A stretch of 43,145 nt of DNA, taken from positions 1 through 43,145 of IMG/VR virus record IMGVR_UViG_3300021124_000007; one strand, written 5' to 3'. The stretch comes from a virus. Lineage: Duplodnaviria > Caudoviricetes. How positions within the stretch are numbered: the stretch's first letter is position 1; every line of letters starts with the position of its first letter. The notes beneath the pieces were generated by a model. That model searched no databases. It saw only the letters and a program-made list of their open reading frames with translations, and was not told the origin of the DNA. Position numbers and translations under genes: made by a program. Positions 1 to 10,296 of the stretch are shown piece by piece.

Positions 1-383
1 CCTGCCATATCTGGCGAGTTTACCCCACCAACCATACCAGCAAGCTTTAGAATTTGTGCAAGGATAGCATCATCGCCACTAGTCTTAATTTCAATACCTT
101 CGGCAACTGGTGCAGAAACAGGTGCTCCCATCTTGGTAGCATTTGCAATAGCATGTGCCATTTCTGGACTACGTGATTCAAGTTCACGAAGCTTGTTAAG
201 AACATCAACCATATAAGAACCATTACTAGTTTCTGGCATAGTTGTTGGTTTTGATTCTGCAACTTTTGTTGATGATGCTGTAATATCATTTAACTTTGCA
301 ACACTGGCAATTGCTCGACCAAGTTCTTCTGGACTGCGGCTTTCAATTTCTTTAAGTTTGTTTAATACATCAATCATTTGCAT
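1..383 (-). CDS. partial CDS running off the left edge, probable virion/head-associated protein
   Basis: Open frame from ATG at 383 (MQMIDVLNKLKEIESRSPEELG...), directly downstream of 386..952. Confidence 0.6.
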   Translation of the reverse strand, partial: MQMIDVLNKLKEIESRSPEELGRAIASVAKLNDITASSTKVAESKPTTMPETSNGSYMVDVLNKLRELESRSPEMAHAIANATKMGAPVSAPVAEGIEIKTSGDDAILAQILKLAGMVGGVNSPDMA

Positions 384-385
384 GG

Positions 386-952
386 TTATCGTCCTGTTCT
401 TCCACGTTCTGGGAGTTTGTTTTTTGTTGTTCCAACAGGACTCGTGTTGCTCTGTGGAATATCATTTGTAGTTGTGCCTTTAGTTGGTTTTACAGCAAAA
501 GGATATTCAATTGAACTTGTTGAAATAGCATTTGCTAAATCTGCAAGCAACTGTGGTGCTTTTTGTTCTGGATAGTTCTTTTCAAGAATTGCTTGACCTT
601 CTGCTTCTGGTACCATAGGTGCTGCTAAAATTTCCTGATTTGGTGTAAGAACAAGAATACGACTCAGTGATACTTGTGTTGATTCATGGATTGCCGCTTG
701 AATTTCTGCTGGAGTTGCAGGATATTGTATAACAATATCAACCATTGATATTTCTGTTGCCTTTAAATGCAAAAATCCTGTATGATCTTCACTCACAGGT
801 AAACGTTTTGGTTCACTGATAGCTTCGAGATTCCAACGTGAAAGCACCTTCTTTAAGCTTTCCATTTGTTCATTAGTAAGTTCCGCAGCAAGCTTTGCAC
901 GGAAACCATACTTTTTTTCAGTTTCTGAAATATATTGTCTTAGGGTTTTCAT
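386..952 (-). CDS. hypothetical phage protein (late module)
   Basis: 188-aa ORF; late-promoter-like AATAAATA upstream. Confidence 0.7.
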   Translation of the reverse strand: MKTLRQYISETEKKYGFRAKLAAELTNEQMESLKKVLSRWNLEAISEPKRLPVSEDHTGFLHLKATEISMVDIVIQYPATPAEIQAAIHESTQVSLSRILVLTPNQEILAAPMVPEAEGQAILEKNYPEQKAPQLLADLANAISTSSIEYPFAVKPTKGTTTNDIPQSNTSPVGTTKNKLPERGRTGR

Positions 953-976
953 CGCTAAACCTTTTTTATTAAGTAT

Positions 977-1405
977 TTATTGTTTTTTGCGGAAACTATT
1001 AAGAAGCTCGTTGCGGTCAAATACTTGAGCTTCAATGGTATCTGGTTCGTTGCCACTATCTTTATTCATATCATGTTGCATTTTTTGCATTTTAAGCAAG
1101 ATTTCAGTTTGTTTAAGTTTCTTTTGTACTTTTCCAAGTTTAGCAGTTACGGCTGCAGTCAACATCTTTGCACTTGCTTCAAAGATTGGAGCAGCAAAAC
1201 GCGCTTCTACATTCATTCCAAGACTCTGTAGGTTTTCAAAACTTTCTACTGCTTGGTCTGCCAAATGGTCTAAATCTTTATCAAGTGCGTCTTCTGCTAC
1301 CTGTGGCAAACTACTTTCAATTTGATGCGCATTTTCCAATGCTTCTACAACTTCTTTACTTGGTGCTGGCGGCAAGTGGAATAAATCTTCTAGTTTCTGT
1401 GTCAT
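977..1405 (-). CDS. hypothetical protein, possibly terminase small subunit-like
   Basis: 142 aa, helical/coiled-coil, C-terminal VFDRNELL tail reminiscent of T4 gp16 architecture; function inferred. Confidence 0.45.
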   Translation of the reverse strand: MTQKLEDLFHLPPAPSKEVVEALENAHQIESSLPQVAEDALDKDLDHLADQAVESFENLQSLGMNVEARFAAPIFEASAKMLTAAVTAKLGKVQKKLKQTEILLKMQKMQHDMNKDSGNEPDTIEAQVFDRNELLNSFRKKQ

Positions 1406-1413
1406 ACTATTAA

Positions 1414-1860
1414 TTATCGTTTTTTATTTTTGGTGCCAGCAAACATATCGTGCTCAGTCAAAATTCTAAATTCAATGCCTTGTCCATCGCAGTATGATTT
1501 TGCAGCTTGCCACTTTGCTAAATTTACTACTGCCTGTATTTGATTTTTTTGACTACGACCCGCAGCTTCTAAACTTGTTTCTTTGTATGGTTTTATCTCT
1601 ACAATTTCTGCTTTACGATTACCATTTGCATCTTCATATACAATAAAAAAATCTGGCACATAATTTTTAGTCTTATTAACTATTGGATTTTTATATGGTA
1701 TGCTTATACTTTCACTTGCCCAATGTTTTACTGACGGATGAGAGTCTAGAAATTGCATAAATTTCAGTTCCCAACTACTGCGATACCTAATACTTCCTTT
1801 GCCAGCATACTTTTGTGGATTTTTAGGTTCATACAAACCTTGACTGTATTTTAAACTCAT
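1414..1860 (-). CDS. head completion nuclease (T4 gp4-like, TnsA-type fold)
   Basis: Motifs PKNPQKY, YRSSWE, WASE, YVPDF, EIKP, NLAKW, FRILTE. Confidence 0.9.
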   Translation of the reverse strand: MSLKYSQGLYEPKNPQKYAGKGSIRYRSSWELKFMQFLDSHPSVKHWASESISIPYKNPIVNKTKNYVPDFFIVYEDANGNRKAEIVEIKPYKETSLEAAGRSQKNQIQAVVNLAKWQAAKSYCDGQGIEFRILTEHDMFAGTKNKKR

Positions 1861-2216
1861 GAAATTATGTTTCTAGAAACACTTGGCGGTATAGCATTAT
1901 TCCGAGTATATCCAAGTTTACTTGTTGCGCCCTTTGCACTATTGAAAAAACTTATTAATAATTGTTTTACATTTGATGCATTTGGTGCTGCTCGAAATTG
2001 TGCAATAACAGTTAGTGGATCAAGACTATTATTGTAGGTAAGCGCAATCACTGCTTGTGCTAATGCACTTGCTGATGCTGAATCATTTGTAAGTGTGAGA
2101 AAATAACCATAAACTTGTTCCCAAACTGCATCACTTATTTGCAGTGGTTGACTAAAGTAACCATTAAAGAAAACGCTAGGATTTGTATTTTCGACTGTAT
2201 TAGGTAAATTTGCCAT
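1857..2216 (-). CDS. hypothetical virion-module protein
   Basis: 119-aa ORF; TATAAATA at 2222-2229 (minus strand) upstream. Confidence 0.7.
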   Translation of the reverse strand: MANLPNTVENTNPSVFFNGYFSQPLQISDAVWEQVYGYFLTLTNDSASASALAQAVIALTYNNSLDPLTVIAQFRAAPNASNVKQLLISFFNSAKGATSKLGYTRNNAIPPSVSRNIIS

Positions 2217-2224
2217 AAAAATAT

Positions 2225-3742
2225 TTATACTATTGTATTTTTATTATACTTTATATAACCTATTGCAATAGGAACAAGGTCTGTTCCTGTCGAAACATTT
2301 AATTTAGATATCTGCGAAGATGCAAGGGCAATATCGCTAGGGGTATATCCTTGTGAAAGTAAAGTATTTTGCCAACTATTGCTATTATAAACCGGAGCAA
2401 CTGGCGCAACGGGATTACTAAAATTAATCTGACTTGGTGTAGAAATTGGTTGACCATAATCTATAGTGCCTATATCGCTTACACTTGATGGGCTATCAAT
2501 ATATTTTTGAGCAACAACAGTCTGTGTTTGTATTGTAGTTGGTATATTATTAGTTTGCTGATATTCTTTCAACGTGTTAGAAGAAACAGTGTCAATAAAT
2601 TGTGATGCACTATTAATTTGTGATGTGCTGTATCCTTGATTAAACAAAGCATACTGGTAACTGCCAGTTGTATAAGGATTTGCTGTTGAGAATGTATTAA
2701 TGTTTGTTTTATCTGGATTAGTAGTACTTGATGATGAATCTGGATTAGCGATTGGCTGAACTTCTGCAGAATTTTGACTATAAATTGGTTGATTTAAATT
2801 AGCAGTTGGAAAAATAGTATTTCCATTACCAGAATTAGCAGCATTATTTTGTATAATTGCTGCTAATTCAATTTCTGTTAAACCAGCATTGCTTGTTGGA
2901 TTATATTGTCGTCCCTGATTAATAAAACCAAACTCACTTTGTTGTGATTGACGTAATTGTACAGGATTTACAAATCCATCGGTTTGGCGGCTTAATACGC
3001 CGGTAATAGGATCAATGTAATTTCCTAACAAAGAATCGGTTAATCCACTTGGATTTGTGTCATATGAAAAACCATTATTAAAACCAGGTATACCGCTTGT
3101 AAATCCATCTTCATATGTTACAGCATTGTAACGAATTTGCATAGTTGCTTCCATAATGCCTTGATTTTCTGAATATTCATGTGTATCATGTGAAAAATTA
3201 GTTATAACTGGACTCATAAGAGTTATTTTATTGCTTTGTCCACCATACATACTATAAATTTCTATTGCACTGAAAAAAGGAACATCGCTTCCATTATCTA
3301 ATCCCCAACTGCTGTGAAGACGGGTTTGATATCTATCATCATAATTAAAATCATTTGATCCATATTGACCATCTGCATAATAATAATTGTAATAGTCTTG
3401 CCACAATACTCGCAATCCATTATTATTATCATCATGAAATTTAATAGTAATTGGTTCGTATTTTATACGATCTTGAATATAAACATGTCGATTATATTGA
3501 TTAAGATCTTTTACGTCTATAGAAAATTTAGGCAACTCTACACTTTTTACAAGATATCCAATTTCACTTGTATCTATGTTGCTCGGCACATCACTAGAAA
3601 CTACAAAATTAACATAAAAAAGATACTTTGATTTTGGTGCACGAGCAAAGTTATTTGAGCGAAATACTTGAGAGGCATGCGCATAATCATGAATTTGCCT
3701 CCCACTTAATGATGAATGAAGATAACTAAAAAGCGAAGCCAT
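2225..3742 (-). CDS. tail-tube-fold baseplate/tail protein with low-complexity C-terminal extension
   Basis: N-terminal VKSVELPKF..NQYNR..YEPITIKFHDD resembles the gp19/gp54 tube fold; adjacent to tube gene. Confidence 0.65.
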   Translation of the reverse strand: MASLFSYLHSSLSGRQIHDYAHASQVFRSNNFARAPKSKYLFYVNFVVSSDVPSNIDTSEIGYLVKSVELPKFSIDVKDLNQYNRHVYIQDRIKYEPITIKFHDDNNNGLRVLWQDYYNYYYADGQYGSNDFNYDDRYQTRLHSSWGLDNGSDVPFFSAIEIYSMYGGQSNKITLMSPVITNFSHDTHEYSENQGIMEATMQIRYNAVTYEDGFTSGIPGFNNGFSYDTNPSGLTDSLLGNYIDPITGVLSRQTDGFVNPVQLRQSQQSEFGFINQGRQYNPTSNAGLTEIELAAIIQNNAANSGNGNTIFPTANLNQPIYSQNSAEVQPIANPDSSSSTTNPDKTNINTFSTANPYTTGSYQYALFNQGYSTSQINSASQFIDTVSSNTLKEYQQTNNIPTTIQTQTVVAQKYIDSPSSVSDIGTIDYGQPISTPSQINFSNPVAPVAPVYNSNSWQNTLLSQGYTPSDIALASSQISKLNVSTGTDLVPIAIGYIKYNKNTIV

Positions 3743-3752
3743 GGCTTAATCC

Positions 3753-4376
3753 TTAGCCAGTAACGCTGGCTCCACTTGTTCTTGTTACTTTTTTACCAAT
3801 GCCATTGCTGTTTGGAATTTGTAAAGCATTATCATAACGCAATGTTAGCGTAATTGTTGCTGGATCATTGCTTGTGTATTCAAAATTATTATAATTTACT
3901 TCACTAATAAAGCAACCATACATTTGCCAAGTTTCAAGAACGTTTGGATTATTTGCGCCATTGCCACCGTCAAGTGCTTCAAATTGTGTAATAAATTTGT
4001 AATCAATACCACTAACAGCACTGCTCTGTTCAGCAAAGTCAAATTGTTTTTGAATTTGCTCGCCAACAAGTAGGCGAACAGCACCACTTGCATCATCACG
4101 CAATTCACATGTTACTTGTTGCCATTCTGGTTTACCAGCAAGATACATTTTACTATTATAGATATCAAGTGTGTATGGATTAAAATTTAAATTTGGTCTT
4201 GTAAAACTCATAACCTGCTTAGTAAGTTCCGTAGTAGGGTTAGTAACACCAAAATTTAAGAATGTTACTCTAAAACGATACTTTAACAGAGGCATTAACA
4301 AGCTCTGATTACTTGCACTCTGGTCACTGTTGCTAGCAACTGGAATCGTCATGTTGAGTAGTGATGCAACTGCCAT
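3753..4376 (-). CDS. tail tube protein (gp19-like)
   Basis: KYRFRV, YLAGKPEW, WQMYGCF, ITLTLRYDNA motifs; follows the sheath gene. Confidence 0.88.
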   Translation of the reverse strand: MAVASLLNMTIPVASNSDQSASNQSLLMPLLKYRFRVTFLNFGVTNPTTELTKQVMSFTRPNLNFNPYTLDIYNSKMYLAGKPEWQQVTCELRDDASGAVRLLVGEQIQKQFDFAEQSSAVSGIDYKFITQFEALDGGNGANNPNVLETWQMYGCFISEVNYNNFEYTSNDPATITLTLRYDNALQIPNSNGIGKKVTRTSGASVTG

Positions 4377-4395
4377 CTTATATCTCCTATAGAAG

Positions 4396-4403
4396 TATTT
4401 ATA
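4396..4403 (-). promoter_or_regulatory. T4-type late promoter TATAAATA for the tail tube gene
   Basis: Exact TATAAATA on the minus strand, upstream of an AGGAG RBS and the ATG at 4376. Confidence 0.75.
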
Positions 4404-4436
4404 ATAGATTGCTTACTTTTATTTTGTCCGTATATT

Positions 4437-4465
4437 AAAAAAGCCGCTATTTCTAGCGGCTTTTT
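4437..4465. terminator. bidirectional intrinsic terminator after the sheath gene
   Basis: AAAAAAGCCGCTA-TTTC-TAGCGGCTTTTT hairpin with A/T tracts on both sides. Confidence 0.8.
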
Positions 4466-4487
4466 GTTTTTTATCACTAAATTGCTA

Positions 4488-7400
4488 TTATGCAGTTGTA
4501 TTAACTGAGCCAAGAGCAACGGTTGATGTAGTATTACTTAAACCACCTTGATTTGCACCTGTACCAGCTAGCGCACCAGTGTTCAAAATACGCACTGGAA
4601 TATAGATAAATTCAACAGCTTTGGTAGGTTCAATTGCAATATCAATATGCAACTCATTGCGGTCAATAGTAGTCGGTGTATTATTTGTAGTATCGCAAAC
4701 AACCAGATAATCATAAATGCCTCGCTGTGCTACAATATTATTTAAAAGACCACTTACTGCTTGTGTAGCTGCATTTCTTGTTACCGTATCATTTGGTTCA
4801 AACACCAATGGTTTTGCAAGACGCTCTAAACTATAACGCAAGTAATTTACAAGACGTGCAACATTAATTCGATCAAGTGCAGTAGCATTTGCTTGACGGG
4901 TATGGTTGCCATAAACAAGGATACCATCAACAGGAAATACTGCAACAGGGTTGACATTGTTTTGGTATAAAAGATCACGAAGACCTTGATTTGTTCCAAT
5001 ACTATAGAACGAACCAGTAACTCGATCAACATAACCAATCTTAATTACATTATCAACTTTACCACGCAAAGCGCCTGCTGGCGCAAACCAAGGAGCACTT
5101 GCTTGATCACTCTTTACCATCATACGCAGAATTGCATGTGACATTGGAACAACTACTTGTCCAATTCCATCAAGTGCGTTGGTGTAAGCAGCACCAGGAT
5201 AGTATACTCCAACATATGGATCATTGGTAACAAGACCATCTTCTCCATCACTGTCCGCACCATTTGAATTAGTGATGTAATTATTTACCGCTGTTGGATC
5301 ACTTGAAAGTCCCATTGGAACATCAGCAATAACAAAGCCAGTGTTACGACGATCATTATTAAGTGTTGCTAAGTTTTGAGTTAGTTCAGGATAACCTGGA
5401 CATACAAGCAAGTTGAAGTTAATTTGATCTTCACGTGCTTGTGTACTATTATCAACTGCTTCTTGTAAAGCACTAACAATAACATTACGTTGTGCCTTGC
5501 GACCCATATATGGCACACCAAGAGAATTCTTTCCACTATAACTCTGCCAAGTTGATTTTACATTTGGCAAAGATACAAGAGGATAATCTAGACTATTCCA
5601 TGCATTAGCCTCAAAAGATTTAACATTATAGCTACTGCGACGAGTATTGAACAATAGCATGCCACGTGGATAAATTTGTGGATTTGGTGCGTCTAGGTCA
5701 AGATAGTCACTTGTAATAAGTGTGCTAATAGCAGGTTTTGCATTGAGAACAGGATCAAATGTACCATTGTAATCCCAACGAGCATCAGCAAAAAGTATAC
5801 CATTTTCAGTAGTACTATCGCTATTATTAATCAACACCCATTGTGCAGTACCAGCCACATTTTGCCAACGATGAATTTGTGGATAATGTTCTAGATCACT
5901 TGTATCAATCCATAAATCACCGTATGTGACAGATGCACCACCACTTTGGTATGAAGGTGGTGTTGGATTAAAGATTGGACCAAGTGGATCAGTATTTGAA
6001 AGAGTATAACCACGACTATCTTTAACAATAGCTGAACTGTGATATCCACGCCAAGCAGTTCCATCATTAATCATAATATCTGCTTCAAGTGGAGTGCTAT
6101 AATACCACAGAGTTCCAGTAGCAGGCGCAACAATCGGAGCGGTTGACTGTTGATTTAACAACAGTGCAGGTTGAAAATATGTACCAACCATATATGTGCT
6201 AGCACCAGCACTATATGAACCACTCTCATAATATACATTTGTTGTAGAACTTGGAGCAATGCCTGCACTCACACTAATTGGTGTTCCGCTTGATTCAGAT
6301 ATATAGATATCGCCGCCTGCAGAATGAGTAAATCTGATGTTATTAGTATCAGAAGTTAATGCACAATTTAGATATGGAATACCTGCAGCAAGAACTTGAC
6401 TAACAAAATTTCCAGCACTTGTGCCGGTAAGTGTAATTGTATATACACTACTTAAAGCATTACTGCCAGGAATAGTAACTTGTATATTAAATGCATTTCC
6501 AACAGTAAATGTAGGATTTGATACACTTCCTGTTATTGTAAGTGGTCCACCAGTTCCTTGCCATTGATATAGTTTATATGATCCAGTAGTGTTGCCATAA
6601 ATGTCATATTTTACAAATAAAGTATTTTGTGCAATTGCTTGACCACCAAGCAATGGATCATAGTAATATAATGCCTGACGACGACCGGCAAACACTGGTG
6701 CAGGAATAGAATCCCAATTACTAGTTGCACTATTCCAACGATAAACGTAGAAATTTGCACCATTGTTAACTGGATTTGTTTTAATCCACACACTACCATT
6801 TGGTCTTGGTGAAGTATCAGTTGATTTCCATGCTGGCACTGTATAGCTTGGGCTATATTGCAGAATAGGGCAGCTATATGTGCCAGCAGTAATTCCCAAG
6901 TTCGTAAGAGGAGTACCACTACCATTAGAAATTGCAATTGAACCTGTTGCAGTAGAATTTCCATAGGATGAAGCTGCACTAGTTGCAAAAAGATTAAAGT
7001 AACCATTAATAAGTGCTGCAGTCACGCCAGTAATACTTGCACTATTGATAGTAGCAACAAGATTTGCAGGTGATGCATTTGAAATTGTAAATGTATTATT
7101 ATTAATAACAAGTGAAGTACTTGTTGTACTTAAGTTAGATGCCTGAGCAGTACCAATAATTGATGGAGTTTTAGTTTGCCATGCAGTACTACCAACTTGA
7201 TTCCATGTGTTGTCATATGCTTTTTGATATATTGGATTTTTAACATCAGTTGCATTTACAGCATATGTTCCAATTACGCCAACATTGCTATAAGGAACAC
7301 CGTTATTTAACTGTGTTGAATCGGTAAAAACACTCGGAAGCTGTTGGTTAAACTGATTATTATTAAGTTGAAAAATACCCCAATTAGTTAAATTTGTGTT

Positions 7401-7811
7401 AAGCCACTGTGTACCACCAATTGGATTACCATACGGGCGATTAGTGCTACCTTGCAACGAACTTAAGTCAATATTAGCACGAAGAACATAGGCTTGGTTA
7501 GTAACACCAAGTGTGCTATGCGCAGCCATAAGACCATATTCTGCAAGTTCACTACCAAACAAACGATTACCACTAGCATCAGTAGGGAAAATTGGCAGTC
7601 CATAATTATTAAGCAAATCTTTTTGACTTGTTACAAGTTGCAAAGTATTTACCGTAGATGATGTTGTATAGGTTGCGATTCCGCCCGCAGTGCTTGATTT
7701 ATTGCTTGCTGTTGCAAGAAGAATTAATGGTACTGTTCCTGGTCCAGTAGGAGCATAGTTGCTCTCATCAATGATAGAAACCGATACGCCGGGTGATACT
7801 AATGTTGCCAT
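4488..7811 (-). CDS. contractile tail sheath protein (gp18-like) with large insertion
   Basis: N-terminal LVSPGVSVSIIDES; C-terminal PWFAPAG..RG, DRINVARL, VFEPND, IEPTKAVEFIYIP. Confidence 0.95.
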   Translation of the reverse strand: MATLVSPGVSVSIIDESNYAPTGPGTVPLILLATASNKSSTAGGIATYTTSSTVNTLQLVTSQKDLLNNYGLPIFPTDASGNRLFGSELAEYGLMAAHSTLGVTNQAYVLRANIDLSSLQGSTNRPYGNPIGGTQWLNTNLTNWGIFQLNNNQFNQQLPSVFTDSTQLNNGVPYSNVGVIGTYAVNATDVKNPIYQKAYDNTWNQVGSTAWQTKTPSIIGTAQASNLSTTSTSLVINNNTFTISNASPANLVATINSASITGVTAALINGYFNLFATSAASSYGNSTATGSIAISNGSGTPLTNLGITAGTYSCPILQYSPSYTVPAWKSTDTSPRPNGSVWIKTNPVNNGANFYVYRWNSATSNWDSIPAPVFAGRRQALYYYDPLLGGQAIAQNTLFVKYDIYGNTTGSYKLYQWQGTGGPLTITGSVSNPTFTVGNAFNIQVTIPGSNALSSVYTITLTGTSAGNFVSQVLAAGIPYLNCALTSDTNNIRFTHSAGGDIYISESSGTPISVSAGIAPSSTTNVYYESGSYSAGASTYMVGTYFQPALLLNQQSTAPIVAPATGTLWYYSTPLEADIMINDGTAWRGYHSSAIVKDSRGYTLSNTDPLGPIFNPTPPSYQSGGASVTYGDLWIDTSDLEHYPQIHRWQNVAGTAQWVLINNSDSTTENGILFADARWDYNGTFDPVLNAKPAISTLITSDYLDLDAPNPQIYPRGMLLFNTRRSSYNVKSFEANAWNSLDYPLVSLPNVKSTWQSYSGKNSLGVPYMGRKAQRNVIVSALQEAVDNSTQAREDQINFNLLVCPGYPELTQNLATLNNDRRNTGFVIADVPMGLSSDPTAVNNYITNSNGADSDGEDGLVTNDPYVGVYYPGAAYTNALDGIGQVVVPMSHAILRMMVKSDQASAPWFAPAGALRGKVDNVIKIGYVDRVTGSFYSIGTNQGLRDLLYQNNVNPVAVFPVDGILVYGNHTRQANATALDRINVARLVNYLRYSLERLAKPLVFEPNDTVTRNAATQAVSGLLNNIVAQRGIYDYLVVCDTTNNTPTTIDRNELHIDIAIEPTKAVEFIYIPVRILNTGALAGTGANQGGLSNTTSTVALGSVNTTA

Positions 7812-7891
7812 AGGGTCTATTCCTTTAAGGTGTTGCTAATATTTAGCGGAATAGATTAAAATGGGTGTTTATTGCAAATTATATACGTATA

Positions 7892-8503
7892 TTATAATAA
7901 ATTTTTTACTTTTTCTTCTAAATCAAGCAGCGTACCATCATTATTAATAAGTTGGTCAATATTTTCACGCACCCACGACCATTCACTTGGATGAATATCA
8001 TTTGGTTCTTCTCCATATTGGATAAGTTTTATCATCCAATCAGGGTCTTCGCCGCGACGAACACCCCACACTTCACCACCAAGTTTGCGAATCATTTTAA
8101 TCTCGTTAGGAAAACGAGTATCTGGAATTACAATGTTATTAGTAAGATGATCAGAACCGCTATTAACAATTTTGGAAAGTTTATTTTCTAAACTTGCAAT
8201 CCAAATATCTTCATGGAAATTAACACGACAAACATCGGTTCCCCAATATTGTAGTATCCAACGTGGTGTAAGGTTTGGAATACCAAGACGTGCAGCCCAC
8301 CAATCATCACGTTGCTCACGCCAGTCACGAGATTCTTTTGTATCACCTTCAAGCATATGACGAGGCCAGTTGAATACCTTGGATACCATATCTTTTAGAG
8401 GATCGGCAAAACTTACTTTCTGAAAGTTATGATTGCCCACGAGAATATCCGCAACGGTTCCTTTGCCACCACCTATCAAACCACAAACGCCAATTATCTT
8501 CAT
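7892..8503 (-). CDS. deoxynucleoside monophosphate kinase (T4 gp1-like)
   Basis: GLIGGGKGT P-loop, FADPLK, LQYWGTD, DTRFPNE, HPSE. Confidence 0.9.
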   Translation of the reverse strand: MKIIGVCGLIGGGKGTVADILVGNHNFQKVSFADPLKDMVSKVFNWPRHMLEGDTKESRDWREQRDDWWAARLGIPNLTPRWILQYWGTDVCRVNFHEDIWIASLENKLSKIVNSGSDHLTNNIVIPDTRFPNEIKMIRKLGGEVWGVRRGEDPDWMIKLIQYGEEPNDIHPSEWSWVRENIDQLINNDGTLLDLEEKVKNLL

Positions 8504-8539
8504 GTTTTTACTTTAACAAAAAATAAAAGTATTGTCAAA

Positions 8540-9292
8540 TTATCCAATAACAAACCACATTGGAGTTTCACCAGCAACATAATTTGTTAGTTCAAGTTCA
8601 AGCGCATCTATTTTAGCTTGACCACGAGTCAATAGATCAGCACCATTGAGACTACTGCCACCTTGCGGTCCAGGCAATGTACTAAACTTGCTACGTGCCT
8701 CACCCAACATCATCATGCATTTAGCAAGAGTATATTCACGAAGCCATGGATTACTATAAATGTCAGTTAATAGCGTAACATCTGGTTTATAATTTTCTGT
8801 CCAGAGTAGAATAGTTTCATTATCAGAAAGAGGACGACGCATAATAGTAAGTTCTTTGGTGACTGGATTGAATTTATAATTTAGGTAACCACCAAATAGT
8901 TTTGATGCTTCCTTTAAGAATGAACTATAAAGATACCAAGTTGATAGACCGCCAACACGACCACTTTGAATCATATAAAAGTTTACAAAACCTGCTTCAA
9001 ATGGTTCATATTGTGAAGAGGTTCCACTATTGGCACCAATATTACGCTTAAAAACGTTTCGAACACTTATAACTTCGCTAGGAAGAGTATATGTATTAGT
9101 ATCCATTATTAGATTTAAAAAAGAATAACTTTCTTCTACGCTGTTGGCACTGCGTTGACGATAGCGAACAATTGCCTGACTTAATGCAGTTTCATAATGA
9201 ACTGGGTCAAGTTCAACATCAACGATGCCATCACCAAGGCTGTAACGCACATAATCAAATACAGTTGTTTTAAGTTCTTGTAGAGTTGCCAT
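8540..9292 (-). CDS. neck/head-tail adaptor protein (gp13-like)
   Basis: LGDGIVDVELD, LGEARSKF..LPGPQGG..LNG motifs. Confidence 0.8.
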   Translation of the reverse strand: MATLQELKTTVFDYVRYSLGDGIVDVELDPVHYETALSQAIVRYRQRSANSVEESYSFLNLIMDTNTYTLPSEVISVRNVFKRNIGANSGTSSQYEPFEAGFVNFYMIQSGRVGGLSTWYLYSSFLKEASKLFGGYLNYKFNPVTKELTIMRRPLSDNETILLWTENYKPDVTLLTDIYSNPWLREYTLAKCMMMLGEARSKFSTLPGPQGGSSLNGADLLTRGQAKIDALELELTNYVAGETPMWFVIG

Positions 9293-9306
9293 AAGAATAT
9301 TTATGA

Positions 9307-9582
9307 CTAGTACCTATCCCAATCACGTCCATGGCTTGTAAGTTCATCGCCCCATCGTAACCAAAAATAAATTTCATCTTCTGGTGTAAAATCTGCTTCA
9401 ATAATTACAGAATAACCAATGTATCCGTCAGGACCATTAATACCTGTTTTGAAAGATGGAGTTTGCAGTGCATGTTCCATTACCCATGCACCAGCCTCGC
9501 TTTGTTGCCACATGATAATAGGACCAGCAGCATAGAGTTGGGCATCCTCTACATCACCCATACGAAAACGATGAACTATCAT
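9307..9582 (-). CDS. hypothetical protein (small F-x-L-R-W family)
   Basis: 91 aa ending DEIYFWLRWG. Confidence 0.7.
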   Translation of the reverse strand: MIVHRFRMGDVEDAQLYAAGPIIMWQQSEAGAWVMEHALQTPSFKTGINGPDGYIGYSVIIEADFTPEDEIYFWLRWGDELTSHGRDWDRY

Positions 9583-9590
9583 GATTTTAT

Positions 9591-10010
9591 TTAAAAAGGC
9601 ACATCATCATGTTCGTCTTTACCTTCATACCAATCTGGACCTGGGTCTTTACCATCTACAACTGCTTTTGTCATACGATCCATTTTACGTTTGCTTGCTA
9701 ACTTTTCTTCACGGTCAGCAATAGTCTTGTCCTTAAAGCCAAGAATACTAATATACTCACGATACTTCATCCAACCATGCATAAAGTGAATACAATCTTC
9801 TGCCGTGCCACTGTATATCATTACACCACGTGTATAGATTGGTAATATATCACCATCATCTTTTGGAACGGTAAGTGCAAAATCTGTGCCACTACTTTGT
9901 TCATATGCATAAGAATTGTATGCACCACGACTTGGAGTAATTTCAAACCCAAGTTTGGTAGCAAGACCTGTTAGGTCATTGATAGTACGGTAGTGATTAT
10001 AGTTTGTCAT
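9591..10010 (-). CDS. hypothetical protein
   Basis: 139-aa ORF in a co-oriented operon. Confidence 0.7.
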   Translation of the reverse strand: MTNYNHYRTINDLTGLATKLGFEITPSRGAYNSYAYEQSSGTDFALTVPKDDGDILPIYTRGVMIYSGTAEDCIHFMHGWMKYREYISILGFKDKTIADREEKLASKRKMDRMTKAVVDGKDPGPDWYEGKDEHDDVPF

Positions 10011-10288
10011 GCTACATATCCTATGATAAGTTTCACCAAATCTTCTTCATTAAGGTAAAAATTTGCTCGCCCATGTGATTCGCGCTGATAAAAAATCACG
10101 GGCGGCGAAGATTCATACCAAGTTGAACTATAATTTTCAAAGTTATTGACAATATAATAATATAATTTGTCAAATTCCCGAAAATTGTAAACAGTGATAC
10201 GATGGGTATAGTGCTGCCGCATTTTATTGCGACCATCCATTTTTACCCAACGAGTATGGGCATCCAAGTATCCGCCGTCGTATTTCAT
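10007..10288 (-). CDS. hypothetical protein
   Basis: 93-aa ORF with ATGA overlap to the next gene. Confidence 0.65.
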   Translation of the reverse strand: MKYDGGYLDAHTRWVKMDGRNKMRQHYTHRITVYNFREFDKLYYYIVNNFENYSSTWYESSPPVIFYQRESHGRANFYLNEEDLVKLIIGYVA

Positions 10289-10296
10289 AAATCACC

